DNA of 64,000 bases from Eledone cirrhosa. Lineage: Eukaryota. This document shows positions 49,541 through 63,000 of the stretch, piece by piece. The stretch's first letter is position 1; each line of letters starts with the position of its first letter. The notes below the pieces were generated by a model that worked only from the letters and a program-made list of their open reading frames with translations, was not told where the DNA came from and did no database searches. The translations under genes were made by a program, and so were the position numbers. The stretch covers positions 182,218,001 through 182,282,000 of the forward strand of contig OZ024742.1 in the NCBI GenBank assembly GCA_964016885.1. The letters are read 5' to 3'.

Positions 49541-52500
49541 ACTGCAGAACTATACAGCTGCCGAGCAATAAAATCACACAACTATCCTACAGAACAACAT
49601 AACTACAGAACAAAACGAAACAGCTATACTACAGAATTACATAACTACAGCTCAACACAACCACACAACTATACTACAAAACTACAGCCCAACACAACCA
49701 CACAACGATACTACAGAACTACTTAACTACAGCCCGATACAACCACATAACTTTACTACAGAACTAAAGAACTACAGAACAACACAACCACATAACTATA
49801 TTACGGAACTATATAACTACAGAACAACACAACCACACAACTATACTACAGAACTATATAACTACAGAACAACACAACCACACAAGTATACTACAGAACT
49901 ACAGAACTACAGCGTAACACAACCACACAAGTATACTACATACATACATAACTACAGCACAACACAACCACACAACTATACTACAGAACTACATAACTAC
50001 GGAACAACAGAACCAAACAACTATACTACAGAACTACATAACTACATCCCACACACTACCACAAAACTATACTACAGAACTACATAACTCCAGAAAAACA
50101 CAACCACACAACTATACTACAGAACTACAGCCTAACACAACCACACAACTATAATACAGAACTATATAACTGCCGAACAATACAACCACACAACTATACT
50201 ACAGAACTATTTAACTACAGAACAACAGAACCACACAACTATACTACAGAACTACATAACTACAGAACAACACAACCACACAACTATACTACACAACTAC
50301 TTAACTAGAGAACAACACAACCGCACAACTATACTACAGAACTACAGAACTACAGAACACAACCAGACAACTATACTACAGAATTACATAAATATAGCTC
50401 AACACAACCACCCAAATATACTACAAAACTACAGCCCAACACAACCACACAACTATACTACAGAACTATATAACTACAGAACAACAGAACCACACAACTA
50501 TACTACACAACTTTAGAACTTCAGAACAACACAACCACACAACTCTACTACAGAACTATATAACTACAGAAGAACACAAACAAACATCTATAATACAGAA
50601 CTATATAACTGCCGAACAATACAACCACACAACTATACTACATAACTACCTACTAACTACTCAACACAACCACACAACGATACTACAGAACTACTTAACT
50701 ACAACCCGACACAACCACACAACAATACTACAGAACTATATAACTACAGAACAACACAACCACACAACTATACTACAGAACTACATAACTACAGAATAAC
50801 ACAACCACACAATTATACTACAGAACAATACAACCACACAACTATACTACATAACTAAAGAACTAGAGAACAACACAACCACACAACTATACTACACAAC
50901 TAAATAACTACAGAACAACACAACCACACAACTATACTGCAGAACTACAGTACTACAGAACAACACAACGACACAACTATACTACTGAACTACACAACCA
51001 CACAACTATACGACAGAACTATATAACTTCAAAACAACACAACCACACAACTATACTACAGAACTACATAACTAGTTGAACAACACAAACCCACAATTAT
51101 GATACAGAACTATATATCTACATCACAACACTACCACATACCTATACTACAGAACTACAGAGCAATACTACCACCCAACGATACTACAGAACACTATAAC
51201 TACAGAACAACAGAACCACACAACTATACTACAGAACTATATAACTACAGAACAACAGAACCACACAATTATTCTACAGAAGTAAAGAACTCCAGAAAAG
51301 CACGACCACACAACGATACTACAGAACTACTTAACTACAGCCCGACGCATCCACACAATTATACTACAGAACTATATATCTACAGAACAACACAACCACA
51401 CAACTATACTACAGAACTATATAATTACAGAACAACACAACCACACAACTATTCTACAGAACTAAAGAACTCCAGAAAAGCACAACCACACAACAATACT
51501 ACAGAACTACTTAACTACAGCCCAACACAACCACACAATTATACTACAGAACTATATAATTACAGAACAACACAACCACACAACTATACTACAGAACTAT
51601 ATAACTACAGAACAACGCAACCACACAACTATTCTACAGAACAAAAGAACTCCAGAAAAGCACAACCACACAACAATACTACAGAACTACTTAACTACAG
51701 CCCGACACATCCACACAATTATACTACAGAACTATATATCTACAGAACAACACAACCACACAACTATACTACAGAACTAAAGAACTACCGAACAACACAA
51801 CCACATAACTATACTACGGAGCTATATAACTACAGAACAACACAACCACACAACTATACTACAGAACTATATAACTACAGAACAACACAACCACACAAGT
51901 ATACTACAGAACTACAGAACTACAGCGTAACACAACCACACAAATATACTACAGACCTACATAACTACATCCCGACACAACCACACAACTATACTTCAGA
52001 ACTACAGCACTACAGAACAACAGAACCCAACAACTATACTACAGAACCACATAACTACAGCCCAACACAACCACACAACTATACTACAGAACTACATAAC
52101 ACTACAACCAAACAACTAAACTACAGAACTACATAACTACAGCCCAGCATAACCACACAACTATACTACGGAACTACATAACTACAGACCAACACAACCA
52201 CACAACTTTACTACATAATTACATAACTACAGAACAACACAACCTCACAACTATACTACAGAACCACATAACTAGAGCCCAACACAACCGCACAACTAAA
52301 CTACAGAACTACATAACGACAGCCCAACATAACCACACAACTATACTACGGAACTAGATAACTACAGTACAACACAACTACACAACTATACTACAGAACT
52401 ACAGAACTACAGACCAACACAACCACACAACTATAATACAGAACTACAGAACTACAAAACAACACAACCACACTAGTATACTACATAACTACAGCCCAAC

Positions 52501-55500
52501 ACAACCACACAACTATACTACAACACTACAGAACAACACAACCACACAATTATACTGCAGAACTACATAACTACAGAACGACACAACTACACAACTATGC
52601 TACAGTACTACATAACAACAGAACTACACAACTATACTACAGAACTACATAACTACAGAACTACACAACCACACATCTATACTACAGAATTATATAAGTA
52701 CAGAAAAATAGAACCACACAACTATAGTACATAACTACATAACAACACAACCAAACAACTATGCTTCAGAATTACAAACTACAGCCCAACACAACCACAC
52801 AACTATACTACAGAACTATATAACTACATCCCAACACAACCACACAACTATACTACAGAACTACATAACTACAGCCCAACACAACCACAGAACTATACTA
52901 CAGAACTACATAACGACAGAACAAGACAACCACATAACTTTACTACAGAACTAAAGAACTACAGAACAACACAACCACATAACTATATTACGGAACTATA
53001 TAACTACAGAACAACACAACCACACAACTATACTACAGAACTATATAACTACAGAACAACACAACCACACAAGTATACTACAGAACTACAGAACTACAGC
53101 GTAACACAACCACACAAGTATACTACAGACATACATAACTACAGCACAACACAACCACACAACTATACTACAGAACTACATAACTACGGAACAACAGAAC
53201 CAAACAACTATACTACAGAACTATATAACTACATCCCAACACAACCACACAACTATACTACAGAACTACATAACTACAGCCCAACACAACCACAGAACTA
53301 TACTACAGAACTACATAACGACAGAACAAGACAACCACACAACTTTACTACATAATTACATAACTACAGAACTACACAACCAAACAACTATACTACATAA
53401 CTACATAACTACAAAACCACACAACAATACTACAGAACTACATAACTACAGAACAACACAACCTCACAACTATACTACGGAATTACATAACTACAGCCCA
53501 ACACAGCCATACAACTATACTACAGAACTACATAACTACAGACCAACACAACCACACAACTATACTACACAACTACAGAACTACATAACTACAGAACAAC
53601 ACAACCAAACAACTAAACTACAGAACTACATAACTACAGAACAACACATCCACACAACTAAACTACAGAACTACATAACTACAGAACAACAGAACCACAC
53701 AACTTTACTACATAACTACATAACTAGAGAAAAATACAACCACACAACTATACTACAGAACTACATAACTACAGAACAACACAACCAAACAACTATACTA
53801 CAGAACTACACTACTACAGCCCAACATAACCACACAACTATACTACGGAACTAGATAACTACAGCCCAACACAGCCACACAACTATACTACAGAACTACA
53901 GTACTACAAAACAACACAACCACACTAGTAAACTACAGAACTACAGAACTACAGCCCAACACAAACACACAACTATACTACAACACTACAGAACAACACA
54001 ACCACACAATTATACTGCAGAACTACAGCGCAACACAACCACGCAACTATACTACAGAACTACATAACTACAGAATGACACAACCACACATCTATACTAC
54101 AGAATTATATAACTACAGAAAAATACAACCACACAACTATACTACAGAACTATATAACTACATCCCTACACAACCACACAACTATTCTACAGAACTACAT
54201 AACTACAGCCCAACACAACCACACAACTACACTACAGAACTATATAACTACAGAACAACACAACCACACAACTATACTACAGAACTATTTAACTACAGAA
54301 CAGCAGAACCACACAATTATACTACAGAACTACATAATTACAGAACAACACAACCACACAACGATACTACAGTACTACATAACTACAGTACAACACAACC
54401 ACACAACTTTACTACATAATTACATAACTACAGAACTACACAACTATACTACAGAACTATATAACTAGAGAAAAACACAACCACACAACTATACTACATA
54501 ACTACATAACTACAGAACCACAAAACCACACAACTATACTACAGAACTACATAACTACAGAAAAACACAACCACACAACTATACTACAGAACTACATAAC
54601 TACAGAACAACACAACCAAACATCTATACTACAGAACCACATAACTACAGCCCAACACAACCACACTACTAAACTACAGAACTACATAACTACAGAACAA
54701 CACAACCAAACAACTAAACTACAGAACTACATAACTACAGAACAACACATCCACACAACTAAACTACAGAACTACATAACTACAGAACAGAACCACACAA
54801 CTTTACTACATAACTACATAACTAGAGAACTACGTAACTACAGAACTACACAACCACACATCTATACTACAGAACTATATAACTACAGAACATCACAACC
54901 ACACAACTATACTAGATAACTACATAATTACAGAACAATAAAACCAAACTATGCTACAGAACTACATAACTGCAGCCCAACACAACCACACAACTATACT
55001 ACGGAACTACATAACTGCATCACAACACAACCAGACAACTATACTACAGAACTACAGAACTAAAGCCCAACACAACCACAGAATTATACTACAGAACTAC
55101 ATAACTACAGAACTACACAACCACAGAACTATACTACAGAACTACATAAATACAGAACTACACAACCACACAACTATACTACAGAACTACATAACTACAG
55201 AACAACACAACCACACAACTATTTAAATTCAGAAAAGCAGAACCACAGTGCTATACTACAGAACTACATAACTACAGAACCACAAAACCACACAACTATA
55301 CTACAGAACTACAGCCAAACACAACTACACAACTATACTACATAACTACAGAACTACATAACTACAGAACAACACGACCATACAACTATACTACAGAACT
55401 ATATAAATACAGAAGAATACAGCCACACAACTATACTACAGAACTACATAACTACAGAACAACACAACCACACAACTATACTGCAGAACTACATCCCAAC

Positions 55501-56690
55501 ACAACCACACAACTATTCTACAGAACTACAGAACTTCATAACTACAGAACAACACAACCACACAACGATATTACAGAACTACATAACTACAGAACAACAC
55601 AAACACACAACTATACTACATAACTATATATCTACAGCCCAACACAAACACACTACTATACTACAGAACTACATAACTGCAGAACAACAGAACCACACAA
55701 CTATACTATAGAACTATATAACTACAGAACAAAACAACCACACAACTATACTATAGAACTATTTAAATACAGAACAATAGAACCACACAATTATACTACA
55801 GAACTACAGAAGTACAGAACAACACAACCACACAACTATACTTTAGAACTACAGAAGTACATAAATACAGAACAACACAACTATACTACACAACTATACT
55901 ACAGAACTATATAACTACGGCACAACACAACCACACACTATACTCCAGAAGTACATAACTACAGCACAACACAACCACACAACTATACTACAGAACTATA
56001 TAACTACAGAACAAGACAACCACACAACAATACTACAGAACTACATAATTACAGAACCACACAAACAAACAACTATACTACAGAAATACATTATTACAGC
56101 CCAACATAACCACACAACTATACTACGGAACTAGATAACTACAGCCCAACACAGCCACACAACTATACTACAGAACTACAGAACGACAGTACAACACAAC
56201 CACACAACTATACTACAGAACTATATAACTACAGAACTACAGAACCACACACTTATATTACTGAACTACATAATTACAGAACAACACAACCAAACAACTA
56301 AACTACAGAACTACATTACTACAGAACAACACAACCACGCACCTATACTACGGACTATATAACTAAAGAACAATACAACCACACAACTATACTACAGAAC
56401 TACATAACTACAGCCCAACACAACCATACAACTATACTACAGCACTACAGAACAACACAACTACACAACTATACTACAGACCTACATAAATAGAGAACAA
56501 CACAACCACACAACTAAACTACAGAACTACATAACTACAGCCCAACACAACCACACAATAACACTACAGAACTATTTAACTACAGAACAGCAGAACCACA
56601 CAGCTATACTACAGAACTACATAACTACAGTCCAACGCTACCACACAACTATACTACAGAACTACAGACCAACACAACCACACAATTATA

Positions 56691-57088
56691 ATATAATAAT
56701 GAAATTATTGTGTACAGTGCTCAGGTGTACTACAACTCATCAAAGGTGGATGTATAGTACATAGAATAATGTACATATGTCAGGAAAATGAACAGTGTAT
56801 GAGTCATGATATAATAATAATAATAATAATAATAATGATATGTTGTGTACAGTGCCCAGGTGCACCACAACTCATCAAAAATTGCATGTATAGTACATAG
56901 GCCAATGCACAAACATCAGTAAAATGAACAGTACACGAGTCATGATACACACATGTGTGCATGTGTATGGAAGGGGTAAATCAGGTGTAGTTTTGGCGTA
57001 TTTCGGGAAGCATGAGTGTATTAAAGGATGCAGTGTCTCGGCAGCTAACAATTGACGCAGGCAGTTTGTTCCATGCTTCAGCAACTCT
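56691..57088 (-). mobile_element. 3'-terminal fragment of the same CR1-clade LINE family, inverted orientation
   Basis: The reverse complement aligns to 21598-21996 with about 20 differences in ~400 bp by eye. It encodes RVAEAWNKLPASIVSCRDTASF..., carries the doubled 3'UTR module and has a (TAA)n tail at about 56691-56700. Confidence 0.93.
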
Positions 57089-57211
57089 TCATGGGTACAA
57101 GATTCCGCAGTCTTTTCAGTGTGGCCAGATACGGCAGGAGGTACAGGGAGATTCTTTAGCAAGGCATTCCGATAAGACCCCTCATTGTGGGGTCCTACAC
57201 GAATGCTTGCC
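57089..57211 (-). other. 123-bp non-satellite segment fused to the 5' side of the LINE fragment; can fold into two hairpins
   Basis: No sustained match to the satellite or to 18579-21996 on either strand. Strong inverted repeat at 57159-57210 (GCAAGGCATTC..GACCCC-TCATTGT-GGGGTC..GAATGCTTGC). Identity unknown. Confidence 0.8.
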
Positions 57212-59825
57212 TATACTGCCGAACTACATAACTACAGAACAACACAACCACACAACTATACTACAGAACTATATAGCTACAGAACAATACAAAGGCACAA
57301 CTATACTACAGACCTACATAACTACAGAACCACAAAACCACACAACTATAGTACATAACTACATAACTACAGAACAACACAATCACACAACTATACTACA
57401 GAACTACATAACTACAACCCAACACAACCACACAACTATACTACTGAACTACATAACTACAGCCCAACACAACCACACAATTATACTACAGAACTATATA
57501 ACTACAGAACAATAGAACCACACAACTATACTACAGACCTACAGAACTACAGAACATCAAAACCACACAACTATACTACATAACTACATAACTACAGCCC
57601 TACACAACCACACAACTATACTACAGAAATATTTAACTACAGAACAACAGAACCACACAGCTATACTACAGAACTAGATAACTACAGAACAACACAATCG
57701 CACAAATATAATACAGAACTACATAACTACAGAACAACACAACCACACAACTATGCTACAGAACTACGTAATTACAGAACTACGTAACTACAGAACTACA
57801 CAACCACACATCTATACTACAGAACTATATAACTACAGAACATCACAACCACACAACTATACTAGATAACTACATAATTACAGAACGATAAAACCAAACT
57901 ATGCTACAGAACTACATAACTGCAGCCCAACACAACCACCCAACTATACTACAGAACTACATAACTGCATCCCAACACAACCAGACAACTATACTACAGA
58001 ACTACAGAACTAAAGCCCAACACAACCACAGAATTATACTACAGAACTACATAAATACAGAACTACACAACCACACAACTATACTACAGAACTACATAAC
58101 TACAGAACAACACAACCACACAACTATTTAAATTCAGAATAGCAGAACCACAGTGCTATACTACAGAACTACATAACTACAGAACCACAAAACCACACAA
58201 CTATACTACAGAACTACAGCCAAACACAACCACACAACTATACTACAGAACTACATAACTACAGAACAACACGACCATACAACTATACTACAGAACTATA
58301 TAAATACAGAAGAATACAGCCACACAAATATACTACAGAACTACATAACTACAGAACAACACAACCACACAACTATACTGCAGAACTACAGTCCAACACA
58401 ACCACACAACTATTCTACAGAACTACAGAACTATATAACTACAGAACAACACAACCACACAACTATAATATAGAACTATATAACTACAGAACAACACATC
58501 CACACAACTAAACTACAGAACTACATAACTGCAGTCCAACACTACCACACAACTAAACTACAGAACTACATAACTACAGAACATCAGAACCACACAAGTA
58601 TACTACAGTCCTACATAACTACAGCCCAGCACAAACACACAACTATACTACACAGCTATATAATTACAGAACAACACAACCACACAACTATACTACAGAA
58701 CTATTTAACTACATAACAACGGAATCACACAACTATACTACAGAACTACATAACTACAGAACAACACAACCACACACCTATACTACAGAACTACATAACT
58801 ACAGAACAACACAAACAAACAACTATACTACAGTACTACATATTTAAAGCCCAACACAACCACACAACTATACTACAGAACTACGTAACTACAGCCCAAC
58901 ACAACCACACAACTATACTACAGAACTACAGAATTACAGAACCACACAACTATACTACAGACCTACATAAGTACAGAACAACAAAACCACACAACTATAC
59001 TACATAACTACATAATTACAGCCCAACACAACCAAACAAATATACTACAGAACTACTTAACTACAGGACAACAGAACCACACAGCTATACTACAGAACTA
59101 TATAACTACAGAACAACAGAACCACACAACTATACTACGGAACTACAGAAATACAGAAAAGCACAACCACACAACTATACTACAGAACTACATAACTACA
59201 GTCCAACACAACCACACGATTATATTACAGCACTACAGAACAACACAACCACGAAGCTATACTACAGAACTACAGATCAACACAAACACGGTAATTATAC
59301 TACCGAACTACATAACTACAGCCCAACACAACCACACAACTATACTATAAAACTACAAAACTACATGATTACAGACAAATCCAACCACACAAATATACTA
59401 CATAACTACATAACTACAGAACAACACAAACAAACAACTATACTACAGAACTACATAATTACAGCCCAACACAACCACAGAATTATACTATAGAACTACA
59501 TAACAACAGCCCAACACAATCACACAACTATACTACAGAACTACATTACTACAAAACAACACAAGCACACATCTAAACTACAGAACTACATAACTACAGA
59601 ACAACAGAACCACACAACTATACTACAGACCTACATAAGTACAGAACAACAAAACCACACTACTATACTACATAACTACAGAACTACAGATCAACACAAC
59701 CACACAATTATAATACCGAAATGCATAACTACAGAACAACACAACCACACAACTATACTACACAACTACATAACTACAGAACTACACAACCACACAACCA
59801 CACAACTATACTACAGAACTACATA
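57212..59825 (+). repeat. 45-bp satellite DNA array, block 3
   Basis: The monomer resumes at TATACTGCCGAACTACATA, in phase with the left flank of the insert (CACAATTATA). Confidence 0.96.
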
Positions 59826-60005
59826 TTGTAGTATAGTTGTGTGGAGTGTTGTTCTTTAGTTATGTAGTTCTGTAGTATAGTTGTGTGCATGTGTTGTTCT
59901 GTGGTTATATAGTTCTGTATTATAATTGTGTTGTTGGATTGGGCTGTAGTTATGTAGTCATTTAGTATAGTTGTGTGGTTGCATAGGTCTGTAGTTCGCT
60001 AGTAT
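59826..60005 (-). repeat. Inverted satellite segment (~4 monomers, 180 bp)
   Basis: Reads TGTAGTATAGTTGTGTGG...TTATGTAGTTC, the reverse complement of the monomer. It is the only G/T-rich satellite tract on the + strand. Confidence 0.96.
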
Positions 60006-63000
60006 GCAACTATACTACAGAATTAAATAACTACAGAACTACACAACCACACAACAATACTACAAAACTATAAAACTGCAGTAAAATACAACCACACAAC
60101 TATACTACAGAACTGCATAACTACAGAACAACACAACAAAACAGCTAAACTACAGAACTACATAACAACAGAAAAACACAACCACACAACTATACTACAG
60201 AACTACATAACTACAACCCAGCACAACCACACAACTATACTACAGAACTACAGAAGAAAACGACCACACAACTATACTACAGAACAATACAACCACACAA
60301 CTATAATACAGCACTATGTAACTAAAGAAAAACACAACAACATAACTATACTACAGAACTACAGAACTACAGAACAACACAACCACACAACTATACTACA
60401 GAACTATATAACTACAGAACAACAGAACCACACAACTATACTACGAAACTACAGAACTACAGAAAAGCACAACCACACAACTAAACTACAGAACTACATA
60501 ACTCCAGAACAACAGAATTACACAACTTTACTACAGAACTACAAATCTACAGAACTACACAACCACACAACTATACTACAGAACTATATAACTAGAGAAA
60601 AACAATCAGGCAACTATACTACAGAAATACATAACTACAGAACAACAGAACAACACAACTATACTACGGACCTACATAACTACAGCGCAACACAACCACA
60701 CAACTATAGTACAGAACTACAGAACTACAGAATAACTCAACCACACAATTATACGACCAAACTGCATAACTACAGAACAACACAACCACACAATTATTCT
60801 ACAGAACTACATAACTACAGAACAACTCAACCACACAACTATACTACAGAACTATATAACCAGAGAACAACACAACCAAACAACTATAATATAGAACTAT
60901 ATAACTTCAGAAAAATACAACCACACAACTATACTAGAGAACTACATAACTACAGCACAATACAACCACACAAATTTACTACAGAACTACAGAACAACAC
61001 AACCACACAACTATACTACAGAACTACAGAACTACATAATTACAGACCAACACAACCAAACAACTAAACTACAGAACTATATAACTACAGAAAAACAAAA
61101 CCACAGAACTATACTACAGAACTACAGCCCAACACAACCAAACAACTAAACTACAGACCTACATAACTACTGAACAACACAACCGAATAACTATTCTACA
61201 GAACTACATAACTACAGAACTACACAACCACACAACTATACTACAGAACTACATAACTAAAGTCCAACACTACCACACAACTATACTACAGAACTACATA
61301 ACTACAGTCCAACACTACCACACAACTATTCTACAGAACTACATAACTACAGAACAACACAACCACACAACTAAACTACGCAACTACAGAAATACAGAAA
61401 TGCACAACCACACAACTATACTACAGAACTACATAACTACAGAACAACACAACCACACAACTATACTACAGAACTACATAACTAAAGTCCAACACTACCA
61501 TACAACTATACTACAGAACTAAAGAACTACAGCCCAACACAACCATACTAGTATACTACAGAACTACAGAACTACAGAACAACACAACCTCACAACTATA
61601 CTACAGAACTACAAAACTACAGTACCACACATCCACACAAGTAAACTACAGAACTAGATAACTACAGAACAACTGAACCACACAACTTTACTACAGAACT
61701 AGATAACTACAGAACAACACAACCACACAACTATACTACAGAACTACATAACTAAAGTCCAACACTACCACACAACTATACTACAGAACTAAAGAACTAC
61801 AGCCCAACACAACCACACTAGTATACTACAGAACTACAGAACTACAGAACAACACAACCTCACAACTATACTACAGAACTACAAAACTACAGTACCACAC
61901 ATCCACACAAGTAAACTACAGAACTAGATAACTACAGAACAACTGAACCACACAACTTTACTACAGAACTAGATAACTACAGAACAACACAACCACACAA
62001 CTATACTACAGAACTACATAACTACACAACTGTACTACAGAACTATATAACTAGAGAAAAACACAACAACTCAACTATAATATAGAACTACATAACTACA
62101 GCCCAACTCAATCACAAAACTATACTACAGAACTACAGAACTAGAGAACAACACAACCACACAATTATACTACCGAACTGCATCACTACAGAACAACACA
62201 ACCACTCAACTATACTATAAAACTACATAACTACTGAACAACACAACCACATAACTATTCTACAGAACTACATAACTACAGAAAACAGAACCACACAACT
62301 ATAATATAGAACTATATAACTACAGTAAAATAAAATCACACAACTATACTGCAGAACTACATAACTACAGCCCAACACAACCACACAACTATGCTAATGA
62401 ACTACAGAACTACATAATTACAGAACAATACAACCAGACAACTAAACTACAGAACTACATAACTACAGAACTATACCACCACACAACTACTATACTACAG
62501 AACTATATAACTACAGAACAACACAGCCATAAAACTATACTACAGAACTACAGAACTACAGAACAACACAACCACACAACTATACTACAGAACTACATAA
62601 CTACACAACCACACAACTATACTACAGAACTATATAACTACAGAACAATATAATCACACAACTATACTACAGAAGTACAGAACAACAGAACTACACAACC
62701 ACACAACTATACTACAGAACTATATAACTACAGAACAACACAACTACGATACTATACTATAGAACTATACAACTCCAGAAAAATACAACCACACAACTAT
62801 ACTGCAGAACTACATAACTACAGCCCAAGACAACCATACCACTATACTACAGAACAATATAACTACAGCCCAACACAAGCATTCAACTATTCTACAGAAC
62901 TACATAACTACAGAACAACACAACCACACAACTCACTACAGAACTACATAACTACAGAACAACACATCCACACAACTAAACTACATAACTACATTACTAC

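Larger units (their letters stand above)
21997..56690 (+). repeat. 45-bp satellite DNA array, block 2, with higher-order repeats
   Basis: Same monomer and orientation as block 1. Contains 90-, 180-, 450-, 1375-, ~2400-2500-, 2587- and 8437-bp duplications traced by rare variant markers. Confidence 0.97.

Noticed and set aside
57089-57211. HDV-like or hammerhead ribozyme, tRNA-derived SINE head, or twin-priming inversion
   Set aside because: ACCTCCTGCCGT resembles an HDV P3/L3, but P1.1 and P2 partners cannot be formed. CTGAAAA does not match CUGANGA. No B box (GTTCRA) is present. Matches to the long LINE copy are only about 8 bp.
56730-57515. ORFs 56730-, 56875- and 57012+ as genes
   Set aside because: They run across LINE 3'UTR, junction and satellite sequence, and the poly-Tyr is the translated (ATT)n tract.
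8373-58131. Satellite-derived ORFs with repeats TTILQNYITTEQHNH or NYTTELYNYRTTQPH (up to 345 aa at 51099-52136) as mucin-like or repetitive proteins
   Set aside because: 45 is a multiple of 3 and two + frames of the consensus lack stops, so ORFs arise passively. Frequent 8-bp indels switch frames freely, starts are chance mutations, and there is no unique N- or C-terminus.
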